From Felis catus (Eukaryota), in assembly GCF_018350175.1 (NCBI RefSeq), contig NC_058368.1:143718001-143782000 (forward strand): a DNA stretch of 64,000 nt. The letters run 5' to 3'. A program made the position numbers and the translations under genes. The notes under the pieces are model-generated. The model was not told where the DNA came from, ran no database searches, and saw only the letters and a list, made by a program, of their open reading frames with translations. This document shows positions 1-56,700 of the stretch, in pieces. Each line of letters begins with the position of its first letter. The stretch's first letter is position 1.

Positions 1-3000
1 AGCTAGACTTACCAAAAAGAAAAGAGAAAGGATCCCAATAGATAAAATCAACAAATGAAAGAGGAGAGATCACCACCAACACCACAGAAATACAAATAAT
101 TACAAGAGAATACTGTGAAAAATTATATGCCAACAAACTGGACAATCTGGAAGAAATAGACAAATTCCTAGAAATTCACAAACTACCAAAACTGCAACAG
201 GAAGAAATAGAAGATTTGAATAGACCAATAACCAGCAAAGAAACTGAATCAGTAATCAAAACTCTCCCAACAAACAAGAGTCCTGGGACAGATGGCTTCC
301 CAGGGGAATTCTATCAGACATTTAAAGAAGAGCTAATAACTATTCTTCTCAAACTGTTTCAAAAATAGAAATAGTCATTCTATGAAGCTAGCATTACCTT
401 GATTCCAAAACCAGACAAAGATCCCGCTAAAAAAGGAGAATTACAGGCCAATATCCCTGATGAATATGGATGGAAAAATTCTCAACAAGATATTAGCAAA
501 TTAAATTCAACAGTACATTAAAAGAATTATTCACCAGGATCAAGTGGGATTTATTCCTGGGCTGCAGGGCTGGTTTAATATTTGCAAATCAATCAGTGTG
601 ATACACCACATTAATAAAAGAAAGGGTAAGAACCATATGACCCTGTCAATAGATGCAGAAAAACCATTTGACAAAATACAGCATCCATTCTTGATAAAAA
701 AACCCTCAACAAAGTAGGAGTAGATAGGACATACCTCAACGTTATAAAGACCACATGCAAAAGACCCACAGCTAGTAACCTCAATGGGGAAAAACTGAGA
801 CCCTTTCCCCTATGGTCAGGAACAAGACAAAGATGTCCACTCTTGCCATTACTATTTAAAATGGAACTGGGAGTCTTACCTTCAGCAATCAGACAACAAA
901 AAGAAATAAAAGGCATCCAAACTGGCAAGGAAGAAGTTAAACTGTCACTATTTGCAGATGACATCTAGAAAATGTGGAAAACCCAAAAGACTCCATCAAA
1001 AATTGCTAGAACAATACATTAATTCAGCAAAGTCATGGGATATAAAATCAATGCACAGAAATCTGTTGCATTCCTATATACCAATAACAAAGTAGCAGAA
1101 AAAGAAATCAAAGAATCGATCCCATTCGCAATTGCACCAAAACAATAAGATAACCTAGGAATAAACCTAACTAAACAGGTAAAAGATCTACACTCTAAAA
1201 ACTATAGAACACTTGTGAAATAAATTGAAGAAGACCTAAAGAAATGGAAAAGAATTCCATACTCATGGATTGGAAGAACAAGCATTGTTAAGATGTCTAT
1301 ACTATCTAAAGCAATATACACATTTAATGCATCCCTATCAAAGTACCCCCAGAATTTTTCCCAGAGCTAGAACAAACAGTCTTAAAATTTGTATGGAACA
1401 AATTTGTATGGACTCCAAATAGCCAAAGCAATCCTAAAAACGAAAAACAAAATTGAAGGCATCACAATTCTGGATTTTAAGCTTTGTTACAAAGCTTAAC
1501 ATACAAAGCTTGAGGTCAAAGAAGTTACTGCCTGTGTTCTCCTCTAGGATTTTGATGTTTTCCTGTCTCACATTTAGGTCTTTCATGCACATTGAATTCA
1601 TTTTTGTGTATGGTGTAAAAAAGTGGGCCAGGTTCATTCTTCTTCATGTTGCCGCCCAGTTTTCCCAGCACCATTTATTGAAGAGACTGTCTTTTTCCCA
1701 TTAGATATTTTTTCCTGCTTTGTCGAAGATGAGTTGGCCATATAGTTGTGGGTCCATTTCTGGATTCTCTATTCTGTTCCTTGATCTTTATGTCTGTTTT
1801 TGTGCCACCAGTACCATGCTGTCTTGATGACCTCGGCTGCAGCAACTTCTTACTAGACGTGTCACTGAAGGCAAGGGAAAGAAAAGCCAACATCAGTTAT
1901 TGGGACTTCATCAATATAAAAACTTCTGCACAGCAAAGGAAACAATCAACAAAATTAAAAGGTAGCCTATGGAATAGGAGAAGATAGTTGCAAATGACAT
2001 ATCAGATAAAGGGTTAGTATCCAAAATCTATAAAGAACTTAACAAACTTAACACCCAAAAAACAAATAACCCAGTTAAGAAATGGGCAGAAAATAGGAAT
2101 AGACACTTTTCCAAAAAAGACATCCAGATGGCTAACAGACACATGAAAAAGATGCTCAATGTCACTTATCATCAGGGAAATAGAAATCAAAACCATGATT
2201 AAGCTCAGTCGCTTAAGCATCCGACTTTGGCTCAGGTGAAGGTCTCATGGTTAATAGTTCGAGCCCTGTGATGGGCTCTGCACTGTTGGTGTGGAGCCTG
2301 CTTCGGATTCTCTCTCTACCTCTCTCAGCCCCTTCCCCACTTGTGTGCACTCTTTCTCAAAATAAATAAATAAACTTAAAAAAATAAAATGCTAACATCC
2401 TTTAAAAAAAATAAACCATGATGAGATACGACCTCACACCTGTCCAAATGGCTAAAATTAACAACACAAATAGCAGGTGTTGGCCAGGATGCAGAGAGAG
2501 GGGAACCCTCTTGCACTGCTGGTGGGAATGCAAACTGATGCAGCCACTCTGGAGAACAGTATGGAGGTTTCTCAAAAAAAAAAAAAAATAGAACTACCAT
2601 ACAATCCAGCAATTGCACAATTAGGTATTTACCCAAAGGATACAAAAATAAATATTTGAAGGGGTACATGCACCCCAATGTTTATAGTAACATTATCAAT
2701 AATAGCCAAAATATGGACATAGCCCAAATGTCCATCGACTGATAAATGGATAAAGAAGATGTAGTATATACATATACAATGGAATATTACTCAGCCATCA
2801 AAAAGAATGAAGTTTTGCCATTTGCAATGACATGGATGGAGCTAGACTATATTATGCTAAGCACAATAAGTCAATCATAGAAAGACAAATACCATATAAT
2901 TTCACTCCTATGTTGAATTTAAGAAACAAAACAAATGAATATATGGAAAGAGGTGGGTAGAAAAGAGAGGGGAAACAAACCACAAGAGGCTGTTAGTAAT

Positions 3001-3185
3001 AGAGAACAAACTATGGGTTCATGGAGGGAGATGGGTGGGAGACAGGTTAGGTGGGTGATGGGTACTAAAGAGAGCCCTTATTGTGATGAGCACTGGGTGT
3101 TGTATGTAAGTGATGAATCACTGAATTCTACTCTTGAAACCGACATTGCACTGTATGTTAACTAAAATTTAAATTAAAAGAAAAT
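1..3185 (+). mobile_element. Degenerate carnivore LINE-1 (ORF2 RT region to 3' UTR), with internal inversion and a nested SINE
   Basis: ORF2 motifs readable ([14 protein letters not shown]), many stops and frameshifts, L1 3' UTR ending A-rich; truncated by window start. Confidence 0.93.
2200..2412 (+). mobile_element. 5'-truncated Can-SINE nested in L1
   Basis: tRNA-like head, CT tract, A tail; TSD AAACCATGAT at 2190-2199 and 2413-2422. Confidence 0.9.
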
Positions 3186-3449
3186 ATCAAATATCAAATA
3201 CATGATATTTGATACCTGTATAGACCAATACATGTATAGACCAATACATGATGCTAGTTATACTTTTAGTGCCCCTTGATTAAGAAAAATGATGTATCAA
3301 TGACTCCCTCCTTGGCAGGAGCTCTCTTCAAAATACATGAAAATACATTCATACTTCTCCCAACGGTTACTGCGCTATCTCCACCTTCCACTTCATAGGC
3401 AAGCTTTTTCAAAGTTATCTTACTTTTATTGTTACCCTTACTATCTCCA

Positions 3450-4390
3450 CTGCCTATTCTGTGGTCCTCACTCATTGATGGCATTACCCTGCCTTCCTTT
3501 CACCCACACTACTCCATCAAGCTGCTTTCAACAGTATCACTGTTGACTTCTGGGTTGATAAACCCAAGCACGGTCTTTTAGTCCTTACCTTGCTTGACCT
3601 CTCAAAAGTGCTGATACTGTTCACCATTCCTCCCTGACACAACACTTTCCTTAGCTTCTTTTACATCTTTCTCTCTTTATTGCTGGTTTCTCCTTCTCTA
3701 CTGGCTCTGTAGTGTAGTGTTCACCAATGTTCTTCCCTGATCTTACACTTTTCTTAGGTAGTCTTATCTATGCCTATGGCTTATATAGGTACCTATATTG
3801 CTACCTAGAAATTTATGATGTCAACCCAATTCTCTCCTAGTTACATACTCATGAAACTAAATGCCTAATGGATAGCTCCATTTGAATGTCTCGAAGGTGC
3901 CTTCACCTCAATACAGCCAAGACAAATCATCACCTCCCCATCATATCTTGGTGGATGGCACTACAGTCCACCAAGTTGCCAAGGTCACAACCCCAGATAT
4001 TGTCTTGATATGTCCCTTGATGCTCTTGCATATAACATGCATTTCCTGTTTGTTGTGTTCTTCCCTTACTTTGTCACATGGAGATTCTCATCCTTCATGA
4101 TTCAAATGAAAAGCCAGCCCTTCTAGGAAGTCTTTTCCAATTCTAACTACAAGTTACTTTCTCCTAAGTATTTCCTTGTTTCTTAGGACACGTGTCTACT
4201 ATAGATCTTATCATATTATTTACATCATCTGGTTTCCTGAGTAAACTGTGAGCTGAAGATCAAGAACTATGTTTTATTCATCATTGTATGGCATTGTCTA
4301 ACAGCATGCTGGGCACATTCTAGAAGACTGTCAATAAATATTTGTTAAGTGTATTAAGTGATGGACACATAGTAAATATTTGTTGCTAAA
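3450..4390 (+). mobile_element. Ancient L2 LINE remnant
   Basis: Pyrimidine-rich body and L2-type 3' end (GCTGGGCACA...CAATAAATATTTGTTAAGTG). Confidence 0.55.
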
Positions 4391-4993
4391 CTGATCACAT
4401 TAATGAGAACAAACTCTCTCTAATTAAGATTTCATACCTGACAGGCAACTATTCTTTCTAGCTTAACAATTTTGTCACTGATTGGATGGCAACACCCACA
4501 TAATTTTAGAATTTGGAATTAGAAAAATTGTGTATATCTAGTCCAACTCTTTTATGAACTCATTAAGGCTCATTTGTAATTAGTTATACCAGTTTTCCTA
4601 TTGATAGTTAACTAAGATCCTTTATATGTTCATTCTTTTAGTTAGATTAAACATGTCCCCAGGAATTCAAGTGATACTATTTGTTTGCTTACAAACCTTT
4701 TTTTTCCCATAGACAAACTTCAATTCAAATCAAATTATCCCCAATTCTAAACCCCTGACATCCAAATGAATAGAATTTTAGTATTTATTACAAGTTTTCT
4801 TTATGTCCTATTATTTCATTGCACTCTGCATCATATGTTCTTAGCAAATATATTTAGACATCTGGCACTAAATTTGGTATTGACCTGGCACAATAATCAT
4901 TATTATCACTTGACATTGCAGGAACTACCATGCAGATGGATTAATGTATTGTTTAATGAAGGAGACAAGTTACTTTAAGAAATGCTAGTTTCT

Positions 4994-5217
4994 GGGGCAC
5001 CTGGGTGGCGCAGTCCGTTAAGCGTCCGACTTCAGCCAGGTCACGATCTCGCGGTCCGGGAGTTCGAGCCCCGCGTCGGGCTCTGGGCTGATGGCTCAGA
5101 GCCTGGAGCCTGTTTCCGATTCTGTGTCTCCCTCTCTCTCTGCCCCTCCCCCATTCATGTTCTGTCTCTCTCTGTCCCCCAAAAAAATAAAAAAAAATAA
5201 ACGTTGAAAAAAAAAAA
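4994..5217 (+). mobile_element. Young felid SINE (SINEC_Fc)
   Basis: CpG-rich near-consensus body; perfect 16-bp TSD AAGAAATGCTAGTTTC (4977-4992, 5218-5233). Confidence 0.95.
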
Positions 5218-5706
5218 AAGAAATGCTAGTTTCAAAACTCTCCCTAGACTTCAAGTTGGGTAGACATAGTTATTTGTAATAAACGTCTGCACAAGTGCAT
5301 TTTTCCAAGAAATTTTTACACAGCATTTAGTAAAGTATATTAAAGAAGCTTAATGAGAGGTTTTTCTAGCAGTCTGCTTAGATTCTTAGTGAGATTGAAA
5401 ATGAGTGATTTTACACATTTCTTTTCGCTTCACTAATCTTCAGTGGCTAAATTGCTATCTTTTAATTTCTGGGAAAAAAAGCTTTTTACTTTTAACTGCA
5501 CACTAATCAAAAGCCCCCTACCTAATTTACAGACCCTTATTTGTGCTAATGAGGTTCTAGAGAAGCTGTTTTCCTGTCGCTTAATCAAGTACCTTCCTTT
5601 GTTATTAACATTAAACTACATAGGAACCCAAAGTCTGCATTTTCCTGTGCTGTGGCATAAATGTTATCACACATCATGGTGTAAACTATATTCCCTTTAA
5701 GCCATC

Positions 5707-5906
5707 TTTATTTTATTTTTTTTTAGAGAGAGAGAGAGAGGGAGGGGCAGAGAGAGAGAGAGGGAGACAGAGAATTCTAAGCAGGCTCCATGCTCAGCAC
5801 AGAGCTTGACGCGCGGCCCCATCTCATGACCTCGTGACCCTGAGCTCGTGACCTCAGCTGAAGTCAAGAGTCAGATGCTTAACTGACTGAGCCACCCAGG
5901 CGCCCC
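5707..5906 (-). mobile_element. Can-SINE
   Basis: T tract, (GA)n, ends GAGCCACCCAGGCGCCCC. Confidence 0.9.
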
Positions 5907-6519
5907 CAAGCTTTCTTTACATATTAATCATTATTTCCCATTTCCATTCCCTTCAAGAATTCAAGTGGAAAACTTGGCATAACTAATGATAACCCTATTC
6001 AAATATCAATTAACAAATATGCAAAACTTCTGCTTCGTTGTGCCCAATAGCAGTATGTAATATGAGTAACTTCTTGCACTTCTAAAGAACAGAAGGAGTA
6101 GGAGCAGATGGGTATCCCCACATCCAAAATGAGGTTTGGATATTGAGACTGATGATGTTGCCACGCATGTAGCAAAAGGGTTTGAAAAAGTTTATCACCC
6201 ACATAATGAGGCTTTCTGGCGAGAGTAGGATGGGCTCCCAAGCTTGTGTGAAGATGGCTTCAGAGAGCAGGGAAAGGAGGTGGTTTGGGGATTTTCGTGG
6301 TGGTTAGGGGGTGAGGCTGGGGTGAGGGTTCCTGGCTATAGTCTAGGGCTTGCACAGTGGAACTTTCTGCCAGCACCAAAGGAGGGAGCACCCAGGCTTT
6401 CTTCTCAGCTTGCTCAGATATGGGGCTGAGGGGGAGGGGAGTGGCAGACATTGAAAGCCGTGAGCAAACATAAAAAATGTTATATTCTGTGTTAAACAGT
6501 TACAAACGGAAGGACACCT

Positions 6520-6960
6520 AGTATGTCAGTTACCTACTCTAACTGCTACTATGTCAGTTACATAACAATCCTAAAGTCTTAATGACCTCCAAAAATAAAC
6601 GTTTATTCGCATGTCTGGAGTCGGCTAGACAGCTCTGCTGATCTTGCCTGAGCTCACTCACCTGAGTCAGCTGACAGCTAATCTCAGGTGGCTTTGCCTA
6701 GGATGACTGTGGTGACTCATCTCTGCTCCATGTCTGTCATCCTCCAACAAGCTAGCACAGCCATGCTTTCATGGCAAAGGTAGACGTGAAAGAGAAGCAA
6801 GTGCAATCACACAAATACTTTTTAAGCTCCTGAATGTGGCATATTTCCTAAAATCTATTGGCCAAGGACGTTACATGACCAAGCCGAGAATCATAGTGGG
6901 AAGGCAAAAGATATGTAGATGGAAGAACAAAGAATTGGGACAGTTTTTTGCAACCTCTCA
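6520..6960. mobile_element. Old MaLR (MLT1-type) solo LTR
   Basis: MLT1-like motifs (CTCTGCTCCATGT, CTATTGGCCAAGG..ACATGACCAAGCC); recognised by eye. Confidence 0.5.
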
Positions 6961-7145
6961 CACAAATGGATTACTAACATATCACAGCCTCTTGTAACCT
7001 ACTTTGCTGAGAGATGAAAAATCAGTTCAGTGAGTTATTCACCAGTAGGTGCTAGGCACTATTCTTGCAATTGGGGCTACAAAAATAAATAAGAGTGTTA
7101 GGGAGCTCATAGTCTGATATTGGGGTAAAATAAACAATACATTAT

Positions 7146-7340
7146 TATTTTTTTAATGTTTAATTTTTGAAAGACAGAGAGACAGAGTGAGAGCAGGGGA
7201 GGGGCAGAGAGAGAGGGAGACACAGAATTTGAAGCAGGCTCCAGGCTCTGGGCTGTCAGCACAGAGTCCGACATGGGGCTCGAACCCATGACGCAAGGCG
7301 AAGTAGAACACTTAACCGACTGAGCCACCCAGGCTCCCCC
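7146..7340 (-). mobile_element. Can-SINE (felid type)
   Basis: Reverse-complement SINE body with degenerate TSD AACAAT...TTATT. Confidence 0.9.
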
Positions 7341-9113
7341 AACAATGTGTTATTAAGATTAATTAAAATCCAGTGTGATAAGTGCAACAACAGATATTTT
7401 AATAAGGTGGCACAGAAAAGAAACTGATTAAGTTTTTCACCTCCTTGATCATAGATTTCATAGCCAATTTAATGGATTTTATTATAATCAAAAATAATTG
7501 ATTTTCCTCTTGGTTCCTCCTCTTCCTCCCTTATGGAAGACATAAAGAAAAAGCTAGGTGAGATTCTCCAGTGAATAGCTTAATAAACATCCAGGCTCTT
7601 TAGCAGCAAAACTAGATTGTAAGTGTGCTGGGCTAGCAGAAAGTCACTTGGTTCTCTTGTTGATCCATTACCCTTAGTAGTCATCCAGTTTCAAGCAAAA
7701 TTTATTGTGTGTCTACCTGGGCAAGCTATTTTGCTGGCCGTCTCCTAAGAATTGGGGTCACCTAGCAAAGGTGACTAAATGAAGATGACTAAAAACTGAG
7801 ATCTGCCTCCAAATAACTGCAGTTATTGTGTCAGTCCATTGTAGAAGACATAAATAGGCAAAGCTGTTCTGCTTCTAGCAGAAGTTGGGAGCCTGGAGGC
7901 CGCTCTCACCCAGGCCACTGTCGGGGACAGTTTGAAGATTTGAACATTCTTCAGTCATCTCATTGGTTTACAGTTACATTGCTAGAAACACATGCCCTTT
8001 TTCGCTACAGTGCACTCTCATATGTAGAGAAGCGGTACCCCATTCCATAGAGTGGCGTTAGTGTAATGTGGCATTAAATAAAACCCAGAACTGTGGTAGA
8101 CCTCAAAGAAAAGCAATATCCTAAGATAGCTTGCAAATCTCCAGGTCACCAGCAAAGGCTGGAATCATAATAGGTGAGGGGTTATTCTTGCACAGCTTGA
8201 AAATAAGATGATGGGTTCATCTTCCAGCTTGTGGCACATAGCTTATTAACCTTCCAAGTGACATTCTTTGAGACATGACGACAGGGATAGAAATACTTTG
8301 CTGGATCTTCTCCATTACTCAAGATTCTCTAGCAGGGAAACATTTTGCCATTGTTCTGAAATATCTTTTCCTTTGGTTAATCCGCATTATCCTAGGGGGC
8401 TTCGCTTAGGAGAGAGATGAATTCCTGATGTTCCTTCCCTCTCTTTCGGTATGCTCCTTGCTCCCAGACCTTCAAACTGTCACATGGAATCTTTTGGGAG
8501 GACGCAACAGAAGTGGGCATGCAAGAGTGTTTGGAAACTGGACTGAAAATAAACCGCCCTCCTATAAACGGTTCTGTCCGGATTGATTCCTTGAGATGTG
8601 TTTTATTTCCGTTAAAAACTCAAAACTTTCAAACGTTCACTGTTCGTGTCTTAAAACTTGATGGGAAAAATATTCAACATCCGAGGCACTCAAGAAAAGC
8701 TTGAAATAAAAGAAATCAATTGCTGTCTGGACCGCTTTAGGAGGCAGGAGAGTCTGCAGGGTTCATTCCCAAGGGAACCTACGACGCGCTACGGGCGTTA
8801 CAAAGCCTCTCCAAGCGCGGTTCTTTTTAGAAAACAGAAGGAGGAAAGAAGGGGGGGGGGGGGCGGACAGGGTCACTTCATCTCTCCCCCGTCCTGTGTG
8901 CCTAGAGCAGCCCTGGCTGCCCCGCTCTCTCCCAAGAACCCTCGCCCGCCCAGGTCCCGCTAGACCGCGTCTCCTTCCCCTCGCCACACGCAGTTCGTCC
9001 CCTCCGCCGCCCACGCTCCCCGCTCGGCCGCCCCCTCTCTTCCCGGCGAACCGGCTTCCCCGCCAAGGGGTCCGCCCCGGCCTCGGCCCTCCCCCGGCTC
9101 CGTCCGGCCAGAC

Positions 9114-9120
9114 CATAAAG
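9114..9120 (+). promoter_or_regulatory. TATA-like element CATAAAG
   Basis: Only AT-rich motif in this part of the island, just downstream of GC boxes and about 200 nt upstream of the ATG; implies a start site near 9145. Confidence 0.6.
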
Positions 9121-9322
9121 AGCCCGGCGCCAGCGGCGGAGGCAGCCGCTAGTGCGCTCAGCTCTGCACCGCCCCCGACGGCAGCCCCGGAGGCCGCGCC
9201 CCGCGCACCCTGCACCTGCGCCGCCCGCGGGGCCCGACGGAGGGTCAGCGCGCAGCTGGGGACACCGAGGCACGGCCAAGCCGCCTCGCTCGCGGGCGTC
9301 CGCGGCTGCAGGAAGAGCCAAT

Positions 9323-52685
<43,363 letters not shown>

Positions 52686-52824
52686 ACCAAAGAAGCAATC
52701 CGTAATTGTTTTTCCAAGCACTAAAGCCATCTATTTTTTAACTTACTACACCTTTTTTTTTTATATACACTGTGCCTGCCTTTTACCAATCCAAATAATA
52801 TCAAACTTTTTATATGGATGTGGC

Positions 52825-52830
52825 AATAAA
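52825..52830 (+). terminator. THBS4 polyadenylation signal AATAAA
   Basis: 140 nt after the stop codon, with a GT-rich tract downstream (about 52890-52912). Confidence 0.8.
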
Positions 52831-53441
52831 GAAGAGATAATTTCTAAAACCTGGGCTACTCAGACATTGCTTACATGTGGCTCAGGCTTTGATGTTGTGT
52901 ATGTGCTTCTCTGAGGTATACATCTTGAACTTGTAGTGGGAACTTTTGCTTAGACTGGGTGAATCAGTGAGATTGAGCAAGTGCGTGAATCAGGAGACTC
53001 AGGGTGAAGGTCTGATCACTGGTCCCTCAGGTTATCTTCACATAAAAGCCTAACAGTGCTATTGCTCACCTCCGCAGCCTCAAAAACACATGCTCAGGGG
53101 AACCTTCCCCAAGATTTTTCCTGACCAGTCCTGGAGCCAATCTGTCTAATTCCTTCTGACACCCTCCCCCACTCCACACACACCTTTCCACACCCGCACA
53201 TTCAGCAGCCATTGTGCTTATTTATATATTTGGCTCCCCCCAGTGGAATGTAAGCTTACTGACATCAAAGACCATGTCTTTTAACTGTAATCGGTATTCC
53301 CAGTACCCAACATAGTACCTGAAATATAGTAGATATCCAGTAAACGTTTGCTGGCTTGATGGCCGAATGCCTCTTAAGTAACAAGGACAAAAGTGTAGAT
53401 GGATCATATAAGCCCTTCCACAACTCAGAAAGCTCTTCATA

Positions 53442-53645
53442 GGGGCGCCTGGGTGGCTCGGTTAAGCGCCCGGCTCTTAGTTTCAGCTCAGGTCATGATC
53501 TCACGGGTTCGTGAGATTGAGCCCCATGTTGGGCTCTGCACTGACAGGGTAGAGCCGGCATGGGATTTTCTCTCTCCCTCTCCCTCTGCTCCTCCCCCAC
53601 TAATGTGTGCTCGCTCGCTCTCTAATAAATTAAAAAAAAAAAAAA
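53442..53645 (+). mobile_element. Can-SINE
   Basis: GGGGCGCCTGGGTGGCTC head, CT tract, A tail. Confidence 0.92.
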
Positions 53646-54908
53646 CCCTCACAACATATGCTCTATGATTATATCAGTAACCTAATTTCAGTGCCTAATT
53701 TAGACATACCATTCCATTTGGAAGGCAAAGATCCAGGCCCATTTTTATAAACTCCCTAAGAATTCTGTTTTAAAGAATATTGCTGGGTAGTAATATATCC
53801 TCCTATTCTAATACTCCTGGAGGTATCTTAAGTCATAAATAGAGGATAAACACTACCACCACAGTTTTATCATGATTTCAATAGTCCTAAAATACGACGC
53901 ATATGCGTGAGCAATAGGAGATATGCAGGATTTCAAGACAGCCCCCTACACATGTAAAGCCTAGAGGTGTCTGTTGCCTCCTGATTCAGGACACTAGATC
54001 TCCCACATCAAGGTCTTCAGTGAGTGGACAGAATTCAGGCCTGTCTACCAATTTTTCCCTCTGCTGACACTGTCTCATCTCCCAGGGGGACTATGTTACA
54101 GGAGATACTGTTCAAGGATTTCTGGACCATACTGCTGTCATGGGCTTTTTTCAGTTTGTGGTTTCACACCTATAATTCTTTCCCAATTCCAAAAACAAAC
54201 TAAGAACAAGTTCATTTCATTAGAGATCATCCTCTTTCAATCTTAGTCCTTTTCCTTTTTTTTTTTTTTTTTTTATCTCACTGAAAGGTTATGATTTCCT
54301 GAGCCCTTAGGGCCTCTCGGAGCTCTCTGGCCCATTTGGTCTTCCACACACTCTGTCCACAATACAGTTAGGTTACACCTTTATAGCTATTTTCATGCCC
54401 TTCTGCTGAGTCTTTGGCACTTTACTAGGCAGTCTGTGATGAAAACCACAAATCTGTTTCTTCAGAGATCTCATTCTCATCACCGAAGTATATACCAGAT
54501 CCTGGACAGGAAATAAACTACTCTGTAAGTTAAAGAGAGTGTGTTAATCAGATCTGGTTGTGAAGCTGAGCTGAATTCTTATAGTATTTTGATCGGACTT
54601 TCAGTGAGCCCGATTTCCTTATCAAAACCATCCTCTGGCTCCCATATACTCTCCTTTCCTGCCTCCCTGATGCTGGTGGAAAGAGAAGGCAGCCTTCCTG
54701 TCCCCTCCCCACCCCCAAGTCTCCCTGCTGTTAGCAATACAGCTGCTCTAGGAAAGCAATATACCCATAGGAAAGTTTGATACTTTTGTGTCTATAACCA
54801 TGCTAGTACCATTGGCCTATAAGAGATCAAGAATACAATTGTATCCCTTAGGGAGCTTATTAGACCATTGGGAAGACAAAGGTCATTATATACAGAGAGC
54901 AACAGACC

Positions 54909-55101
54909 CAGTGATGTGCTGAAGCCAGTGCTTACCAGCTCAGGAGAGCCAACTATTAGGTTTTGAAGACAGGATATCCCGTCAAGCTGTTGATGGTTTG
55001 ATATTAGCCATCATGAGAATATTTACACCACAGAAATTGGTAAACACTACAAAGCAGGGCTCCAGAGAGCTGATGGTCAAACATTTACCAACACACAACT
55101 G
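54909..55101 (+). mobile_element. MER63-type non-autonomous hAT-Blackjack DNA transposon
   Basis: Imperfect terminal inverted repeats CAGTGATGTGCTG...CAACACACAACTG; internal TATTTACACCACAGAAATTGGTAAACACTACAAA. Confidence 0.75.
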
Positions 55102-55214
55102 GGTGGGGTATACTATCCTGTCTTATTTCTGGTTGCCCCTCCTCAGTATCTTGGGAAATGCTGTCGAAAGCTTGAAACTTTCAGAAAACTTCTTGTTTAA
55201 ATGGAGAAGCAACA

Positions 55215-56700
55215 GGAAAAAATGTAGAGAAGAAGCTTCTGGACACTGGTCTCGGCAGTGATTTGAATATGATGCCAAAAGCATTCAGCAAAAGCAGAAG
55301 TCAGCAAATGGAACTACATCAACCTCAAAAACTTCTGCACAGCAAAAGAAACTAAATGTACATCAGATAAGGGGTTAATATTCAATACGTGTAAAGAATT
55401 CATACAACTCAGTAACAACAACAAACCCTGATTTTAAATGGACAGAACTAAACAGACATTTTTCCAAAGAGGACATCAAAACGGCCAATAGGCATATGTA
55501 AAAATATGCCACATGACCAACCATCAGAAAAATGCAAATCAAAACCATAATGAGTTATCAACTCACACCTGTTAGAATGGCTATCATTAAGACAAGTGCC
55601 GGTGAGAATGTGGTGAAAAGGGAACCCTTTTACACTATTCATATGAATGTAAATTGGTCCAACCACTATGAAAAACAATATGGAGTCTCCTCAAAAAAAT
55701 TAAAAAGATCTACCATATACCCAAGGAAAGGAAAACAGGAGTTCAACCACATATCTGCACTCCCATTTATCACAGCATTATTCACAATAGCCAAGATATG
55801 GAAACGTGAATGTCCATCAGTGAAGTAAAGGATAAAGAATATGTGGTAAATATACACGGTGGAAAATTATTCAGTCATGAGAAAGAAGGATATCCAGCCA
55901 TTTGTGACAACATCACGGTCCTTGGGCACAATATTCTAAGCAAGGTAAGTCAGAGAACGAGAAGTACTGTATGATATCACTTACATGTGGAACAGTAAGT
56001 GCCACTGGGTGGCACAGTTAAACATCTGACTCTTGGCTTTTGCTCAGGTAATGATCTCATGGTTCATGAGTTCCAGCCCCACATTGGCAAAGAGCCTGCT
56101 TGGGATTCTCGGTCTCCCTCTCTTTCTGCCCCTCCCTATGCACGTACTCTCTCCTCTCTCTCAAAAATAAATAAACTTAAAAAAAAAAAAGATTGGGGCA
56201 CCTGAGTGGCTCGGTTGAGCATTCGACTTCGGCTCAGGTCATGATCTTGTGGTCCATGAGTTCGAGCCCCACATCAGGCTCTGTGTTGACAGTTCAGAGA
56301 CTGGAGCCTGCTTCAGATTCTGTGTCTCCCTCTCTGTCTTCTCCTCTCCGGCTCATGCTCTGTCTCTCTCAAAAATAAACATTTAAAAAATAAATAAAAA
56401 AGATTGATGGTGTTTAAGGGCACAAGCTTGCAACAAGTAGTAAATAAGTCATAGAGATCTAAAGTCTATACAGTATAATGAATGTAGATGATATTGTACA
56501 ATATTGTACTACAATCAAACTTACTATGAGACTAAAACTTAATTATCCCAACTGCTAAAAAGAAAGAATAATTATATAACATAATAGAGGGGTTAAATAT
56601 TGCTACAATGGCAATTATATTACAATATATAGATGTATCAAACTAATAAGTTGTATGCCTTAAATTTGCACATTACATGTCAAATATATTCAATATTTTA
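55215..56700 (+). mobile_element. L1 3' part (ORF2 end + 3' UTR) interrupted by two tandem SINEs
   Basis: MQIKTIMSYQLTPVRMAII; FITALFTIAKIWK; SINEs at about 55999-56190 and 56195-56401. Confidence 0.85.
55999..56401 (+). mobile_element. Two head-to-tail Can-SINEs
   Basis: Second copy inserted at the A tail of the first (TSD AAAAAGATTG). Confidence 0.9.

Noticed and set aside
611..2678. ORFs in the first 3 kb
   Set aside because: Fragments or antisense frames of a dead L1; no intact ORF2.
4994..5080. tRNA-like A/B box sequences here and in other SINE heads
   Set aside because: They are tRNA-derived SINE heads followed by CT tract, A tail and TSD, not tRNA genes.
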